64,000 bases of DNA from Gemmatimonadales bacterium (lineage in GTDB: Bacteria > Gemmatimonadota > Gemmatimonadetes > Gemmatimonadales > GWC2-71-9), in the NCBI GenBank assembly GCA_035491815.1, contig DATJKA010000047.1, forward strand, positions 91,520 through 155,519, written 5' to 3'. This document shows positions 16,857 through 25,873 of this stretch, one piece after another (the first letter of the stretch is position 1; each line of letters opens with the position of its first letter). Below the pieces are notes generated by a model that saw only the letters and a program-made list of their open reading frames with translations, was not told the DNA's origin and did no database searches. Position numbers and translations under genes: made by a program.

Positions 16857-17353
16857 GCGCCGGCCAATGCGCCGAGCACCCAGCGCGTCAGCAGGATCCC
16901 CACCACGAGCAGCGCGAGCACCAACGCAAGCACGCCAAACGTCACGAGCCAGACGAACCAGCGGTCGGCCCGCTCGGCCCGGGCCGGCGCCGCCAGATGG
17001 CGCTCCAGCAGCGCGACGTTTCGAAGATTGGCTTTCCATGCGAAATCGAAGATATCCCCGAAGAGCGGCACGGCCCCCAGTCCCGCGTCGAGCGCCACAT
17101 TGGCCGCGATCCGAAGCAACGTGGCGCGCGATGCACCCAGCCGGATCGCTGTTACGAAGATCCAACCAGCAAGAACGGCGCCAGCGGCATCGCCGAATCC
17201 CGGGATGAGTCCGATGATCGGATCGAGACCAAACGAAAGGCTGGTGCCGGGAATCCGAATCCCGGCATCCAGCCAGTGTGCGAGCTGCCGCGCTGCCCGA
17301 AGACTAGGCGACGACGTCAGTCGCGCGTCGTCCCACGAACCGGCGGTGCTCAC
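16853..17353 (-). CDS. DUF4112 domain membrane protein
   Basis: IRIPGTSLSFGLDPIIGLIPGFGDAAGAVL ... VPLFGDIFDFAWKANLRNVALLERHL is characteristic of DUF4112. Confidence 0.75.
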   Translation of the reverse strand: MSTAGSWDDARLTSSPSLRAARQLAHWLDAGIRIPGTSLSFGLDPIIGLIPGFGDAAGAVLAGWIFVTAIRLGASRATLLRIAANVALDAGLGAVPLFGDIFDFAWKANLRNVALLERHLAAPARAERADRWFVWLVTFGVLALVLALLVVGILLTRWVLGALAGA

Positions 17354-17597
17354 GCGCGGGGGAGACGTCGATGATCAACGCAATCACGAGACCGGCGATC
17401 GTCCATACCGACCACACGCCTCCGAACCAGTGCACTACGACCGTATACCAGAGGAGGCTCGTTGGCAAGAAGACGAGACCCAGGATCGGCCACAGCGACC
17501 ACGTGAACAGCCCGTCGAACCAAGTCGTCAACGCCCACAATAAGACGATGGCGATGCGGGGCGTGAGCACCGCCAGCAGGCCGAGGAGCAGAGGCAT
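17304..17597 (-). CDS. Small hypothetical membrane protein
   Basis: Trimmed to ATG 17597 (MPLLLGLLAVL...). Three hydrophobic helices. It overlaps the next gene by 50 nt, so its end or the neighbour's start is uncertain. Confidence 0.45.
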   Translation of the reverse strand: MPLLLGLLAVLTPRIAIVLLWALTTWFDGLFTWSLWPILGLVFLPTSLLWYTVVVHWFGGVWSVWTIAGLVIALIIDVSPAREHRRFVGRRATDVVA

Positions 17598-17614
17598 CGG
17601 GGCGCTCGCCTGCG

Positions 17615-18259
17615 CTATTGCGACGTTCCGAACCGCGTCGCTTCGTCGGCGTAAATGGCGATTTCGATCCGCCGATTCCACTGCCGCCCCGCGTCCGTAT
17701 CATTGGTGGCGATCGGCTCGGCGTCGCCGCGGCCGATGGCGGTCATGCGCGCGCGATTGATACCGACCTGCTCGAGGAAATCTGTCAGCGCCTGCGCTCG
17801 GCGCTGCGAGAGATCGAGGTTGCGATCCGTGCCGCCCTGCGCGTCGGTATGGCCCACGATCATCACCCGGGTGTTGGGATACTTCTCGAAGCTGGTGGCG
17901 AGCCGGCGCAGGTTGTCGCGGCTGGCGGTGCTCAGCTCGTTCGATTCCTGGGCGAACAACATGCTCTCGGGCAGCGTGATCACGATGCCGCCGCCGAGCC
18001 GTTGGACCATGCCGCCGGGCAGCTCGAACGCGAGCTCCTGGGCCTGCTTGTCCATTTGCTTGGTGATCGCGGCGCCCGCTGGGCCGGACGCGCCGGCACC
18101 CAGAATCGCGCTCCGGACGGTCGCGCCGGTCTCCTTGCCTACCGGTGCGGCGTTGACGGGAATGACGGTTGGTTGGTTGCGCTCACTACGCTTGGTGCAG
18201 CCGCTGACGAGCGGCACGATCGACGCGCAGACGATGGCGCCTGCCACTAGGCGATGCAT
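17615..18259 (-). CDS. OmpA-family (peptidoglycan-binding) lipoprotein
   Basis: GGAGG lies 5 nt upstream of ATG 18259. Lipobox IVPLVSGC. C-terminal OmpA_C motifs VMIVGHTDAQGGTDRNLDLSQRRAQAL and NRRIEI. Confidence 0.85.
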   Translation of the reverse strand: MHRLVAGAIVCASIVPLVSGCTKRSERNQPTVIPVNAAPVGKETGATVRSAILGAGASGPAGAAITKQMDKQAQELAFELPGGMVQRLGGGIVITLPESMLFAQESNELSTASRDNLRRLATSFEKYPNTRVMIVGHTDAQGGTDRNLDLSQRRAQALTDFLEQVGINRARMTAIGRGDAEPIATNDTDAGRQWNRRIEIAIYADEATRFGTSQ

Positions 18260-18378
18260 AACGGCCTCCGACAAAACGGGGCATGAATCCTGGGATCTCT
18301 GAAGAATCATCTCGACGGCATCGAGCAGGAATCGGTCGAAGGAAGGAGGAGCTAATTCTCTGGTGCGATGAGCGAAAA

Positions 18379-18451
18379 CTGGGGCGGGAGGACTCGAACC
18401 TCCAACTTCCCGGTTAACAGCCGGGCGGTCTGCCAGTTGACCTACACCCCA
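18379..18451 (-). tRNA. tRNA-Asn (anticodon GTT), CCA not encoded
   Basis: Folded by hand. Acceptor TGGGGTG/CGCCCCA, D-arm GGTC-AACTGGCA-GACC, anticodon arm CCCGG-CTGTTAA-CCGGG, T-arm GGAGG-TTCGAGT-CCTCC, discriminator G, followed by TTTT. Confidence 0.9.
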
Positions 18452-18575
18452 TCACAGTTGCCGGACGGCAAGACGCCAAGTTGCAAGAAAGCACACGGCT
18501 CCAAGCGTAAGACACAAGCGCCTGGGAAGGCAAACAAAACACGCAGACTCACAGCACGCAAGCTAGTTTTGTCGC

Positions 18576-19586
18576 GTGCGACAAGTCGTCATCCCGCGTC
18601 GCGGGCCGCCCGAAGTCCTCGAGGTGCGTGAGGCACCCGATCCCGTCGTGAAACCCGGCACCGTCCGTGTGCGCGTGCATGCCGCGGGCATCAACTTCTC
18701 CGATCTGCTCGCACGCCAGGGACTCTACCCCGACGCGCCGAAACTGCCCTGCACGGTCGGCTATGAGGTCGCCGGCGTCGTCGATGCGGTTGGCACCGGT
18801 GTGACGACCGCGCGCGCGGGCGACCGTGTGATCGCGAACCCACGATTCGGCGGTCAGAGTGAGTTGGTGGTCGTGCCGGTAGGCTCGGTCTTTCCGTTAC
18901 CCACCCATTGGTCGTTCGAGCAGGGCGCCGCGTTTCCCGTCGTCTACCTAACGGCGCACCACATGCTCGTGCGCGTCGCGGGGGCGCGGCGCGGCGAGTC
19001 GGTACTCGTCCACGCGGCCGCCGGCGGCGTCGGCCTCGCCGTGGCGGAGCTGGGCCGCATTCTGGGGCTGCGGGTGATCGGGCTGGCATCGCCGAGCAAG
19101 CACGACGTCTTGCGCGAGTACGGCGTCGAACCGCTCGACAGCCGCGATCCTCGCTGGTACGAGGCCGCACGGCAGCTCGCACCGCACGGCATCGACATCG
19201 TGCTCGACGCCGTGGGCGGCGACTCCTGGCGCCACGGCTACCGGCTGCTGGCGCCCGCCGGACGGCTCGTCTGCTACGGCGCTTCTGGTTTGGCGGAAGG
19301 GAGAACGAGGAATCTCGTCAAAGCACTGTGGGGCCTGATTCGCTTCCCCAAGTTCGGTCCGCTCGCCCTCATGAACGACAACCGCGCCGTCGCCGGTGTG
19401 AACCTCGGCCATCTGTGGTCGGAGCAAGCGTTGCTGGCGCCGCAGATGGATGCATTGCTCGACTATGCGCGCGAGCGGAAAATCACGCCGCGCGTGGACC
19501 GGTCATTTTCGTTTGCAGAAGCGGCGGCCGCGCACCAGTACATCCACGACCGCCGTAATATCGGGAAGGTGCTGCTCAAGCCCTGA
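18576..19586 (+). CDS. Zinc-type alcohol dehydrogenase superfamily protein (NADPH:quinone oxidoreductase / VAT-1-like)
   Basis: GTG start. Family-typical AAGINFSDLLARQGLYP, GYEVAGVV and HAAAGGVGLA (nucleotide-binding). Confidence 0.85.
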   Translation: MRQVVIPRRGPPEVLEVREAPDPVVKPGTVRVRVHAAGINFSDLLARQGLYPDAPKLPCTVGYEVAGVVDAVGTGVTTARAGDRVIANPRFGGQSELVVVPVGSVFPLPTHWSFEQGAAFPVVYLTAHHMLVRVAGARRGESVLVHAAAGGVGLAVAELGRILGLRVIGLASPSKHDVLREYGVEPLDSRDPRWYEAARQLAPHGIDIVLDAVGGDSWRHGYRLLAPAGRLVCYGASGLAEGRTRNLVKALWGLIRFPKFGPLALMNDNRAVAGVNLGHLWSEQALLAPQMDALLDYARERKITPRVDRSFSFAEAAAAHQYIHDRRNIGKVLLKP

Positions 19587-19589
19587 GCC

Positions 19590-20678
19590 TCAGTACTTGA
19601 GGCCGGCCTTTTCCGCGAAGCTCTTCACCGCCTCCTGCTCTTCGGGGCTCAGCTTCTCCGGCAACGTCACGTGCGCCTCGACGTACATGTCGCCGCGGCG
19701 GCCGTTCTTCTCGATCCCGTGACCCGGAATCCGAAACTTCTGGCCGTGCTGCGTCCCGGCCGGGATCCGCAGCACGACGCGCTTGTCGTCGAGCGTCTTC
19801 ACCTTGATGCGCGAGCCAAGCAACGCTTGAGCCAGGTTGATCGGCACGACGCCGATGAGGTCGAGCCCTTCGCGACGGAAGAAGCGATCGGGAGCAATGC
19901 GAATCTGCACCATCAGATCGCCGCGACCTTTCGGGCCCTGGTTCTTGAGCCTGAGCCGCGCGCCGTCTTCCACGCCCGCCGGCACCTCGACGTTGATGCG
20001 CTTTTCGACGCGCAGCTCGCCGCTCCCCTGGCAGGTCGGGCAGCGCTGCGACGGGACGGTACCCTTCCCACGGCACACCGGGCACGGACGGTTGACGGCG
20101 AAGCCGCCCTGTCCAAAGGAGACGGTGCCTCGGCCCTTGCACTCGGGACACGTGCTGATCGTGGCACCCTTCGCGCCGCCGCTGCCGCCGCAGGTCGGAC
20201 AGACCTCGGGCATCGCCAGCGTGATCGGCACACTGCCACCGAGCGCGGCCGTGCGAAACGGAATCGTGACTTCGGTCTCGGTCTCCTCCATCTCCGCTTC
20301 TTTGCCGCCGCCGCGCCGGCCGAAGATCGACGAGAAGATGTCGCCCAGGCCGCCGAGGTCGGAGATATCGAAGTCGCCGCTGTCTGGAGGCGCGCTCCGT
20401 GTTCCGCCGCGGCGGCCAGTCGGTCCGGTACCGCCACCGAAGCCGCCGGCGAACGCGCCGTAGCGACGCAGTTGATCGTACTTCTTGCGCTTCTCGGCGT
20501 CGCTCAGCACGTCGTGCGCTTCGTTGATCTCCTTGAAGCGCTCCGCCGCCTGCGGATTATTGGGATTGCGATCGGGATGGTACTGCTTGGCCAGCCGCCG
20601 AAAGGCCTTCTTGATCTCGTCGGTTGTGGCGGTTTCAGCGACTCCCAGCACCTGATAGTAGTCGCGCTGAGCTGCCAT
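19590..20678 (-). CDS. dnaJ: Molecular chaperone DnaJ
   Basis: J-domain DYYQVLGV...HPDRN, G/F-rich linker, four CxxCxGxG zinc-finger motifs ([32 protein letters not shown]). Confidence 0.93.
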   Translation of the reverse strand: MAAQRDYYQVLGVAETATTDEIKKAFRRLAKQYHPDRNPNNPQAAERFKEINEAHDVLSDAEKRKKYDQLRRYGAFAGGFGGGTGPTGRRGGTRSAPPDSGDFDISDLGGLGDIFSSIFGRRGGGKEAEMEETETEVTIPFRTAALGGSVPITLAMPEVCPTCGGSGGAKGATISTCPECKGRGTVSFGQGGFAVNRPCPVCRGKGTVPSQRCPTCQGSGELRVEKRINVEVPAGVEDGARLRLKNQGPKGRGDLMVQIRIAPDRFFRREGLDLIGVVPINLAQALLGSRIKVKTLDDKRVVLRIPAGTQHGQKFRIPGHGIEKNGRRGDMYVEAHVTLPEKLSPEEQEAVKSFAEKAGLKY

Positions 20679-21271
20679 TACTGTCCCTGCCAGGTCAGCA
20701 CGATGACGCGTGCCGGCCGCAGCAATGTGTCGCGCATCTTATAGCCCGGTTGCACCACCTGGCCTACGGTGTGGTCCTGCTCCGGTTTCGCGGCCGGCTG
20801 CATAGTCACGGCCTCGTGCATGTTCGGATCGAAGGGGACGCCGGCTTGATCGATGCGCGTTACGCCCGCGGCCTCGAGCTCCTTCCACATTTTGCGCTCC
20901 ACCAAGTCCACGCCCTCGTGCAACGTCTTGGCGTCGGTCTGCGCGGGATCGATGTGCGCGAAGCGGGACAAGTCGTCGAGCGCGTCGGCGAGCCGCGCGA
21001 CCAGATCCGCCTGCGCCCTGGTCCACGCCTCGGCCCGCTCCTTGGTCGTGCGCTTGCGGAAGTTGTCGTACTCGGCTGCGAGACGCAGATGCCGGTCTTT
21101 CAGCGCCGCGAGCTCGCCGCGATCGGCGGTCTCGGCCGGCGCCGGTGACTCCGGAGCCGACTCGTCGACCGGTGCCGCCACGTGCTGAACCGGCTCTTTC
21201 GTGTCCGGGTCGAGCGAAGGGGCCTGTGGCTGGCGCGGCGGATGCGCGTGTGGATGTCGTTTGTTGGTCAT
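20678..21271 (-). CDS. grpE: Nucleotide exchange factor GrpE
   Basis: YDNFRKRT motif and C-terminal [14 protein letters not shown]. Its stop shares 1 nt with the dnaJ ATG (TAATG). Confidence 0.9.
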   Translation of the reverse strand: MTNKRHPHAHPPRQPQAPSLDPDTKEPVQHVAAPVDESAPESPAPAETADRGELAALKDRHLRLAAEYDNFRKRTTKERAEAWTRAQADLVARLADALDDLSRFAHIDPAQTDAKTLHEGVDLVERKMWKELEAAGVTRIDQAGVPFDPNMHEAVTMQPAAKPEQDHTVGQVVQPGYKMRDTLLRPARVIVLTWQGQ

Positions 21272-21299
21272 GATGGGAACTTTCGTTCTGGCAACAAGA

Positions 21300-21337
21300 T
21301 ACCCCGGGACACTTTGTCTGCAAAGCGCCCCGGGGTA
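21300..21337 (-). terminator. Nested stem-loop between the OM-barrel gene and grpE
   Basis: TACCCCGGG...CCCGGGGTA (9 bp) encloses CTTTG-TCTG-CAAAG. It lies 19 nt downstream of the 21356 stop. No U-tract. Confidence 0.45.
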
Positions 21338-21355
21338 GTGAATCGCGTGCGTACG

Positions 21356-21895
21356 TTAGTAGCCGAACATGAGCCCGACGGTCAGAGGAATGAACGTCGT
21401 GGACGATCCGCTCGTCTGAATGCTCGCATAGCGCGCCTCGGCGAATGCATTGAGTGCGCCCAGGTCGAACCTCACGCCACCGCCGAACGCATAGCCGATC
21501 TTTGTTTCCGAGCCGCCGCCGGGATCGACGTTGTAAATCCCGAGTCCGCCGAGCACGTACGGACGGGCTGTGGCGTTGGGTGCGCTGAAGTGATAGAGCA
21601 CGCTCGCGGTGCCGCCGAGAATCGACGTGCTCCCGCTGGCGCCCTTGTGCGAGGTGGTCGAGTACAAACCGTCCGCGCGCAGATACAGCGGGCTATTGGC
21701 GAGCGGCGTCTCGAACACGGCGAGAATGTTGATGCCCATCTTGTCGAGATCCCCGTAGTTCCCGGAGGGCAACGTCGCGCCCAAACCGAGACCAAACCGG
21801 AACCCTTCCCCGCGCTGGATGAGTTGCGCGCGCAGCGGCATCGCCACCAGCAGCGCTCCGGCGACAAATAACGCGCTCAAAGACATCCGTTTCAT
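21356..21895 (-). CDS. Small outer-membrane beta-barrel protein (OmpW/opacity-porin-like)
   Basis: The track ORF 21356-22669 was trimmed to ATG 21895. Signal peptide MKRMSLSALFVAGALLVAMPLRAQ, alternating beta-strand pattern, C-terminal GLMFGY. Confidence 0.7.
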   Translation of the reverse strand: MKRMSLSALFVAGALLVAMPLRAQLIQRGEGFRFGLGLGATLPSGNYGDLDKMGINILAVFETPLANSPLYLRADGLYSTTSHKGASGSTSILGGTASVLYHFSAPNATARPYVLGGLGIYNVDPGGGSETKIGYAFGGGVRFDLGALNAFAEARYASIQTSGSSTTFIPLTVGLMFGY

Positions 21896-22008
21896 GAAAG
21901 CTCCTTGGTGTGTTGGTGCAGGATTCTCTTCGGTGGGACTATATACGCGGGTACTGCAAAAACGCAGGTGCCGATGGTCCGATGTGCTTCGCTCCTTGGA
22001 TGGCGTTC

Positions 22009-22767
22009 CTAGGAGTGATGCTCGGAAAGAAACATGCGCAAGTCCGCGATGGCGCGCGGATGCTCCAACAGCTCGTGCCCCTGCTCGGCGTACCAGCAGA
22101 CTTGGGCCGGCGGTGCCAGCTTCGTCGCGAACTCCCGCGCTCGTGCTGCGTCCGACACGGTATCCTCGCCGCCCAACATGAACAGCAGTGGCCGCTCGAT
22201 GCGCGCGCAGTCGGCGAGCACCGCGCGCCGCGCCCACTGGAGCTCGGCGCGAGCACCGGCCGTCATGTACGCGTCGCCCCAGCCCGTGGGCAGCGTGGGC
22301 CAGAGGTCGGCGAGCTTCGCGGCAAGTCGCTTCCACAGCGCCGGCCGGGCGCGGAGCGCGAGCCAGGGATTCATGACGACCGCGGCCGCGGGCACCTCGC
22401 CCGGCTGCGTTTCGAGATACCGCAGCACGACGAGCCCGCCGAAGCCCTGCCCCACGAGAATCTGCGGTACGTCGAAACGGCGCCGCACCGCCCGCCGAAA
22501 CGCGTGCAGATCGCCGAGCAGCTGACTGAAACGTGAGAGGTGGCCGCGCCGTCCACTCGACCGACCATGACCACGCTGATCGAGGAAATACGCCGCGAAT
22601 CCCCCGTCCCGGAGCGCGGCGCCCGCGCCCGCCCAGCGACCTTCGCGTCCATCGGCTTGTGGATGCCAATCGTGCAGAAACAGCACCGCGGCCGTTGTGC
22701 GCCCGGCCGGCGGTTCATACATGTCGAACGCGAGCGGCGTGCCGTCGGGGGCGTTGACGCGATTCAC
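22009..22767 (-). CDS. Alpha/beta hydrolase (lysophospholipase / monoacylglycerol-lipase-like)
   Basis: Trimmed to GTG 22767, which overlaps the cinA TGA (GTGA). The HGRSSG region and a GQGFGG nucleophile-elbow variant are present. Confidence 0.7.
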   Translation of the reverse strand: MNRVNAPDGTPLAFDMYEPPAGRTTAAVLFLHDWHPQADGREGRWAGAGAALRDGGFAAYFLDQRGHGRSSGRRGHLSRFSQLLGDLHAFRRAVRRRFDVPQILVGQGFGGLVVLRYLETQPGEVPAAAVVMNPWLALRARPALWKRLAAKLADLWPTLPTGWGDAYMTAGARAELQWARRAVLADCARIERPLLFMLGGEDTVSDAARAREFATKLAPPAQVCWYAEQGHELLEHPRAIADLRMFLSEHHS

Positions 22768-24011
22768 GGCGAACCGGCCATGAGACGGCGCAACAGGTCG
22801 AGCGCCGCCTGCGCCGCGCGCGCGCGAATCTCGCCGCGATCGCCCGGAAAGATGCGTTTGAGCGCCCGTCCCTCTGTCCCGAAGCGCGCCGCGAGCCAAA
22901 CGGTCCCGACGGGCTTCTCCGGGGTCCCGCCGGAGGGCCCGGCGATCCCGGTGATTGCGAGTGCGGCATCAACCGCGAACTGGCGCTGGACGCCGGCTGC
23001 CATCGCACGCACGACTTCTTCGGACACCGCGCCGTGTTGTTCGAGCAGCTCCGGCGGGACATCGAGCGTTCCGCTCTTCACCACGTTGTCGTAGGCGACA
23101 ATGCCGCCGATGAACACGGCGGACGCTCCAGGCACCGTCGTGATGCGACCGCTCAGCACGCCTCCGGTGCACGACTCCGCAACGACGAGCCGCGCGTTGC
23201 GCGCGCGCAGCTGCTCCAGCACGACCGCCGCGAGGTCGTTCCCGTCCCCGCCGTATGCATGGTCACCGGCGCGCTCGCGCAGCGTGCGTGTGGCGCCCGC
23301 CAACCGTTGTTCGGCATCGCCCTCAGGCAGCCCCCACGCCGTGACACGGAGGTCGACCCCTTCGACCGACGGCAGATAGGCCAGCGTCAGCGGCGCAATG
23401 TCTTCCTCGATGGCGCCGACCCGTTCGGCGAGCGCCGACTCCGCGATGCCGGTCGTCCGCACGGTGCGCGAGCGCACGACGGCGCCGGTGCCGCGCGCGA
23501 CGAGGCGCGGCAGGACCTCCTCCGCCAGCAGGCCCCGCATCTCGGACGGCACACCGGGAAGCATGATGACGACGCGGCCCCCCCCCTCGTGCTCGATCCA
23601 CAGGCCGGGCGCCGTGCCGCGCGGGTTCGGCAACACCGTCGCGCCTTCGGGGACCTCGGCCTGCGTGCGGTTGATCGGCGGCATCGCGCGTCCGAGCCGC
23701 CGGAAGCGCTCCTCGAGCGAGCGCAACACGGTCTGATCGAGCACGAGCGGTTTTCCGAACAACTTGGCGACCTCCACCTTGGACATGTCGTCGCGTGTGG
23801 GGCCAAGCCCACCGGTCGTGAGAACGTAGCCGGTGCGCGCGAGTGCCTCGCTGACGGCAGACCGAATCGCCTCGGGACGATCGGCGACGGACGTGTGACG
23901 GACGACTTCAACGCCCGCAGCGGCGAGCGCGCGACCCAGCTCGGCGGCGTTCGTATCGACGATCTGACCCAGGAGCAGCTCGGTGCCGATGGTGACGACT
24001 TCGAGCTTCAC
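22764..24011 (-). CDS. cinA: CinA family protein (MoCF-binding domain plus nicotinamide-nucleotide amidohydrolase PncC domain)
   Basis: Trimmed to GTG 24011, which overlaps the pgsA TGA. VVTIGTELLLGQIVDTNA, TTGGLGPTRDD, C-terminal ESCTGG. Confidence 0.88.
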   Translation of the reverse strand: MKLEVVTIGTELLLGQIVDTNAAELGRALAAAGVEVVRHTSVADRPEAIRSAVSEALARTGYVLTTGGLGPTRDDMSKVEVAKLFGKPLVLDQTVLRSLEERFRRLGRAMPPINRTQAEVPEGATVLPNPRGTAPGLWIEHEGGGRVVIMLPGVPSEMRGLLAEEVLPRLVARGTGAVVRSRTVRTTGIAESALAERVGAIEEDIAPLTLAYLPSVEGVDLRVTAWGLPEGDAEQRLAGATRTLRERAGDHAYGGDGNDLAAVVLEQLRARNARLVVAESCTGGVLSGRITTVPGASAVFIGGIVAYDNVVKSGTLDVPPELLEQHGAVSEEVVRAMAAGVQRQFAVDAALAITGIAGPSGGTPEKPVGTVWLAARFGTEGRALKRIFPGDRGEIRARAAQAALDLLRRLMAGSP

Positions 24012-24661
24012 TTGCCGACTTTGAGGAGCGTCCGGTAGCGGTAGAGGTAGACGAGGAGCGAGTACACCGTCAGCACGATCGCGCCGGCGAGCGTGATCGC
24101 GACGAACCAGCCGTGGAACTGATCCCAGAAGTTGCGGAAGTCGCCGGCGAGGTGCATTTGCGCGATCGCGTCTTTCCACGCGAACCACGCGATCGTCGCG
24201 CCGATGAAGACGTTCTGCACGACCGCCTTGAGCTTGCCCGCGCCCATCGCCGGGATCACGATGCCGCGCCGCTTGGCGAAGAACCGGAAGGCCGTGATCA
24301 GCACTTCGCGACCGACCAGCAGGATCGCGGCCCAGACCGGCAGGCTGCCCCACCACGGGATCGCGTAATCCACTTGGTCGCGCGCGAGCAGCACGGGGTG
24401 CCGCGTCATCCAGAAGATCGGGATCAAGGTCGCGAACAACAGCAGCTTGTCGGCGATGGGGTCCAGCAGCATGCCGAGCTCGCTGATCGTGCCGTAGCGG
24501 CGCGCGAGATAGCCGTCAACGAGGTCGGAGAAGGCGGCGATCAGGAAGACGACGAACGCGATGACCTTGGGCCAGTAGCCCGAGATGAACGGCAGCAGCG
24601 CGATGACGGGCGTGAGACAGATGCGCGCCAGCGTGATGACGTTGGGGAGCGTCCACCGCAT
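24008..24661 (-). CDS. pgsA: CDP-diacylglycerol--glycerol-3-phosphate 3-phosphatidyltransferase
   Basis: CDP-alcohol phosphatidyltransferase motif DLVDGYLARRYG...LDPIADK. N-terminus NVITLARI. Confidence 0.88.
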   Translation of the reverse strand: MRWTLPNVITLARICLTPVIALLPFISGYWPKVIAFVVFLIAAFSDLVDGYLARRYGTISELGMLLDPIADKLLLFATLIPIFWMTRHPVLLARDQVDYAIPWWGSLPVWAAILLVGREVLITAFRFFAKRRGIVIPAMGAGKLKAVVQNVFIGATIAWFAWKDAIAQMHLAGDFRNFWDQFHGWFVAITLAGAIVLTVYSLLVYLYRYRTLLKVGK

Positions 24662-24672
24662 CGAACTGGGTT

Positions 24673-25347
24673 TCAGCTCAGCGTCTTGAGGACGAGCTTG
24701 CTGACCGCCTTCAGAGTATCGAATACGCCATCGCCGCGGACCGCCACGGCCTCATGATAGGGGGCTCTGCCGACCCATTCGTTGCCGACTTTCTCAATGA
24801 GGTTCTCGCCGGGATGGGACGAATCGGGCGTCTGCTTTTGCCGCGTCGCGTCCTCGATCGGCCAGCCCGGATTGAGCGAGGCCTGGAGATCCTTGATCGG
24901 CGCCGCGTTCGGCAGATCGCGCTTGTTGTACTGGATCACGAACGGGATCTTCGTCAGGTCGTAGCCGTACTCCGCCATGTTGTCGTACAGGTTCTGCATC
25001 GACTCGACGTTGGCTTCCATGCGCTCGATCTGGCTGTCGGCGACGAAGACGATCCCGTCCACGCCTTTCAGGATGAGCTTGCGGCTCGCGTTGTAATAGA
25101 CCTGACCGGGCACGGTGTAGAGATGGAAGCGCGTCTTGAACCCGCGGATCGTGCCGAGGTCGACGGGCAGGAAGTCGAAGAACAGCGTGCGCTCGGTTTC
25201 GGTTGCGAGCGAAATCATCTTGCCGCGGGTGTTGGGCGAGACCTTCCCGTAGATGTGCTCCAGGTTGGTCGTCTTGCCACCCAGACCGGGGCCGTAGTAG
25301 ACGAGCTTGCAGTTGATCTCGCGGGACGCGTAGTTGATCATCGACAT
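24673..25347 (-). CDS. mglA: MglA-family Ras-like small GTPase (with a C-terminal insertion)
   Basis: [26 protein letters not shown] (P-loop), [16 protein letters not shown] (the MglA-specific TVPGQ switch II), [32 protein letters not shown] (G4), [14 protein letters not shown]. From memory this is very close to Myxococcus MglA. Confidence 0.88.
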   Translation of the reverse strand: MSMINYASREINCKLVYYGPGLGGKTTNLEHIYGKVSPNTRGKMISLATETERTLFFDFLPVDLGTIRGFKTRFHLYTVPGQVYYNASRKLILKGVDGIVFVADSQIERMEANVESMQNLYDNMAEYGYDLTKIPFVIQYNKRDLPNAAPIKDLQASLNPGWPIEDATRQKQTPDSSHPGENLIEKVGNEWVGRAPYHEAVAVRGDGVFDTLKAVSKLVLKTLS

Positions 25348-25359
25348 GGGCGCGTCCCT

Positions 25360-25851
25360 CTAACCGAAGAGTTTGTCAATTTCGTCCTCTGCGCCTTCGA
25401 GCAAGCCTTTCTGCTGCGCACCGGCTTGGCCCGTTCCCACGCGATTGAACATCTCCTCGAAGACCTTGTTCAGCTCCCCGACGACCGTCCGCGCTTTGAG
25501 CTTGACGAGTCCGAGCGTCGCGCGCTGATCGAACAGCACGACGAGAATCACGCGCTTCGCCACGTCGGCGAGGTACATCGATTCCTTTTCCCCCTGATGC
25601 ACCAGCGACGCGAATTCCGCCTCGCCGATCATTTTGGCGAGCTGGTCGTTGGCGCTGAAGTCGGCGGCCGTAAGCGAGGCGAACGCGGTGGGATCGAACT
25701 GCGGCGTCTCGCCCACGGTGGCAACGAGCTGGCCGTTACGGTCGACCAGCAGCGCGCACCGGGCGTTCGAGTCGCGCAGGAACGCCTGCAGATGCGTCTG
25801 GATTTGCTTGAAATCGTTCTCGTTGAAAGACCAGCTTGCAGCCCCGGCCAT
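25360..25851 (-). CDS. mglB: MglB-like Roadblock/LC7 domain protein (putative MglA GAP)
   Basis: Lies immediately upstream of mglA with a 12-nt gap. About 160 aa. Roadblock-like pattern ARCALLVDRNGQLVATVGE...SMYLADVAKRVILVVLFD. Confidence 0.75.
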   Translation of the reverse strand: MAGAASWSFNENDFKQIQTHLQAFLRDSNARCALLVDRNGQLVATVGETPQFDPTAFASLTAADFSANDQLAKMIGEAEFASLVHQGEKESMYLADVAKRVILVVLFDQRATLGLVKLKARTVVGELNKVFEEMFNRVGTGQAGAQQKGLLEGAEDEIDKLFG

Positions 25852-25873
25852 GCGCCTCCTTGGGGGTCGGGTG

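Noticed and set aside
18310-18575. Genomic island or prophage integration next to tRNA-Asn.
   Set aside because: No integrase, no direct repeat of the tRNA 3' end and no compositional shift is visible on either side. The flanking genes are ordinary housekeeping and envelope genes.
18368-18631. 87-aa plus-strand ORF.
   Set aside because: It overlaps tRNA-Asn on the opposite strand and runs into the quinone-oxidoreductase start. No motif supports it.
21272-21355. CIRCE/HrcA operator upstream of grpE.
   Set aside because: No match to TTAGCACTC-N9-GAGTGCTAA. The inverted repeat present (TACCCCGGG...CCCGGGGTA) is GC-rich and fits better as the terminator of the upstream OM-barrel gene.
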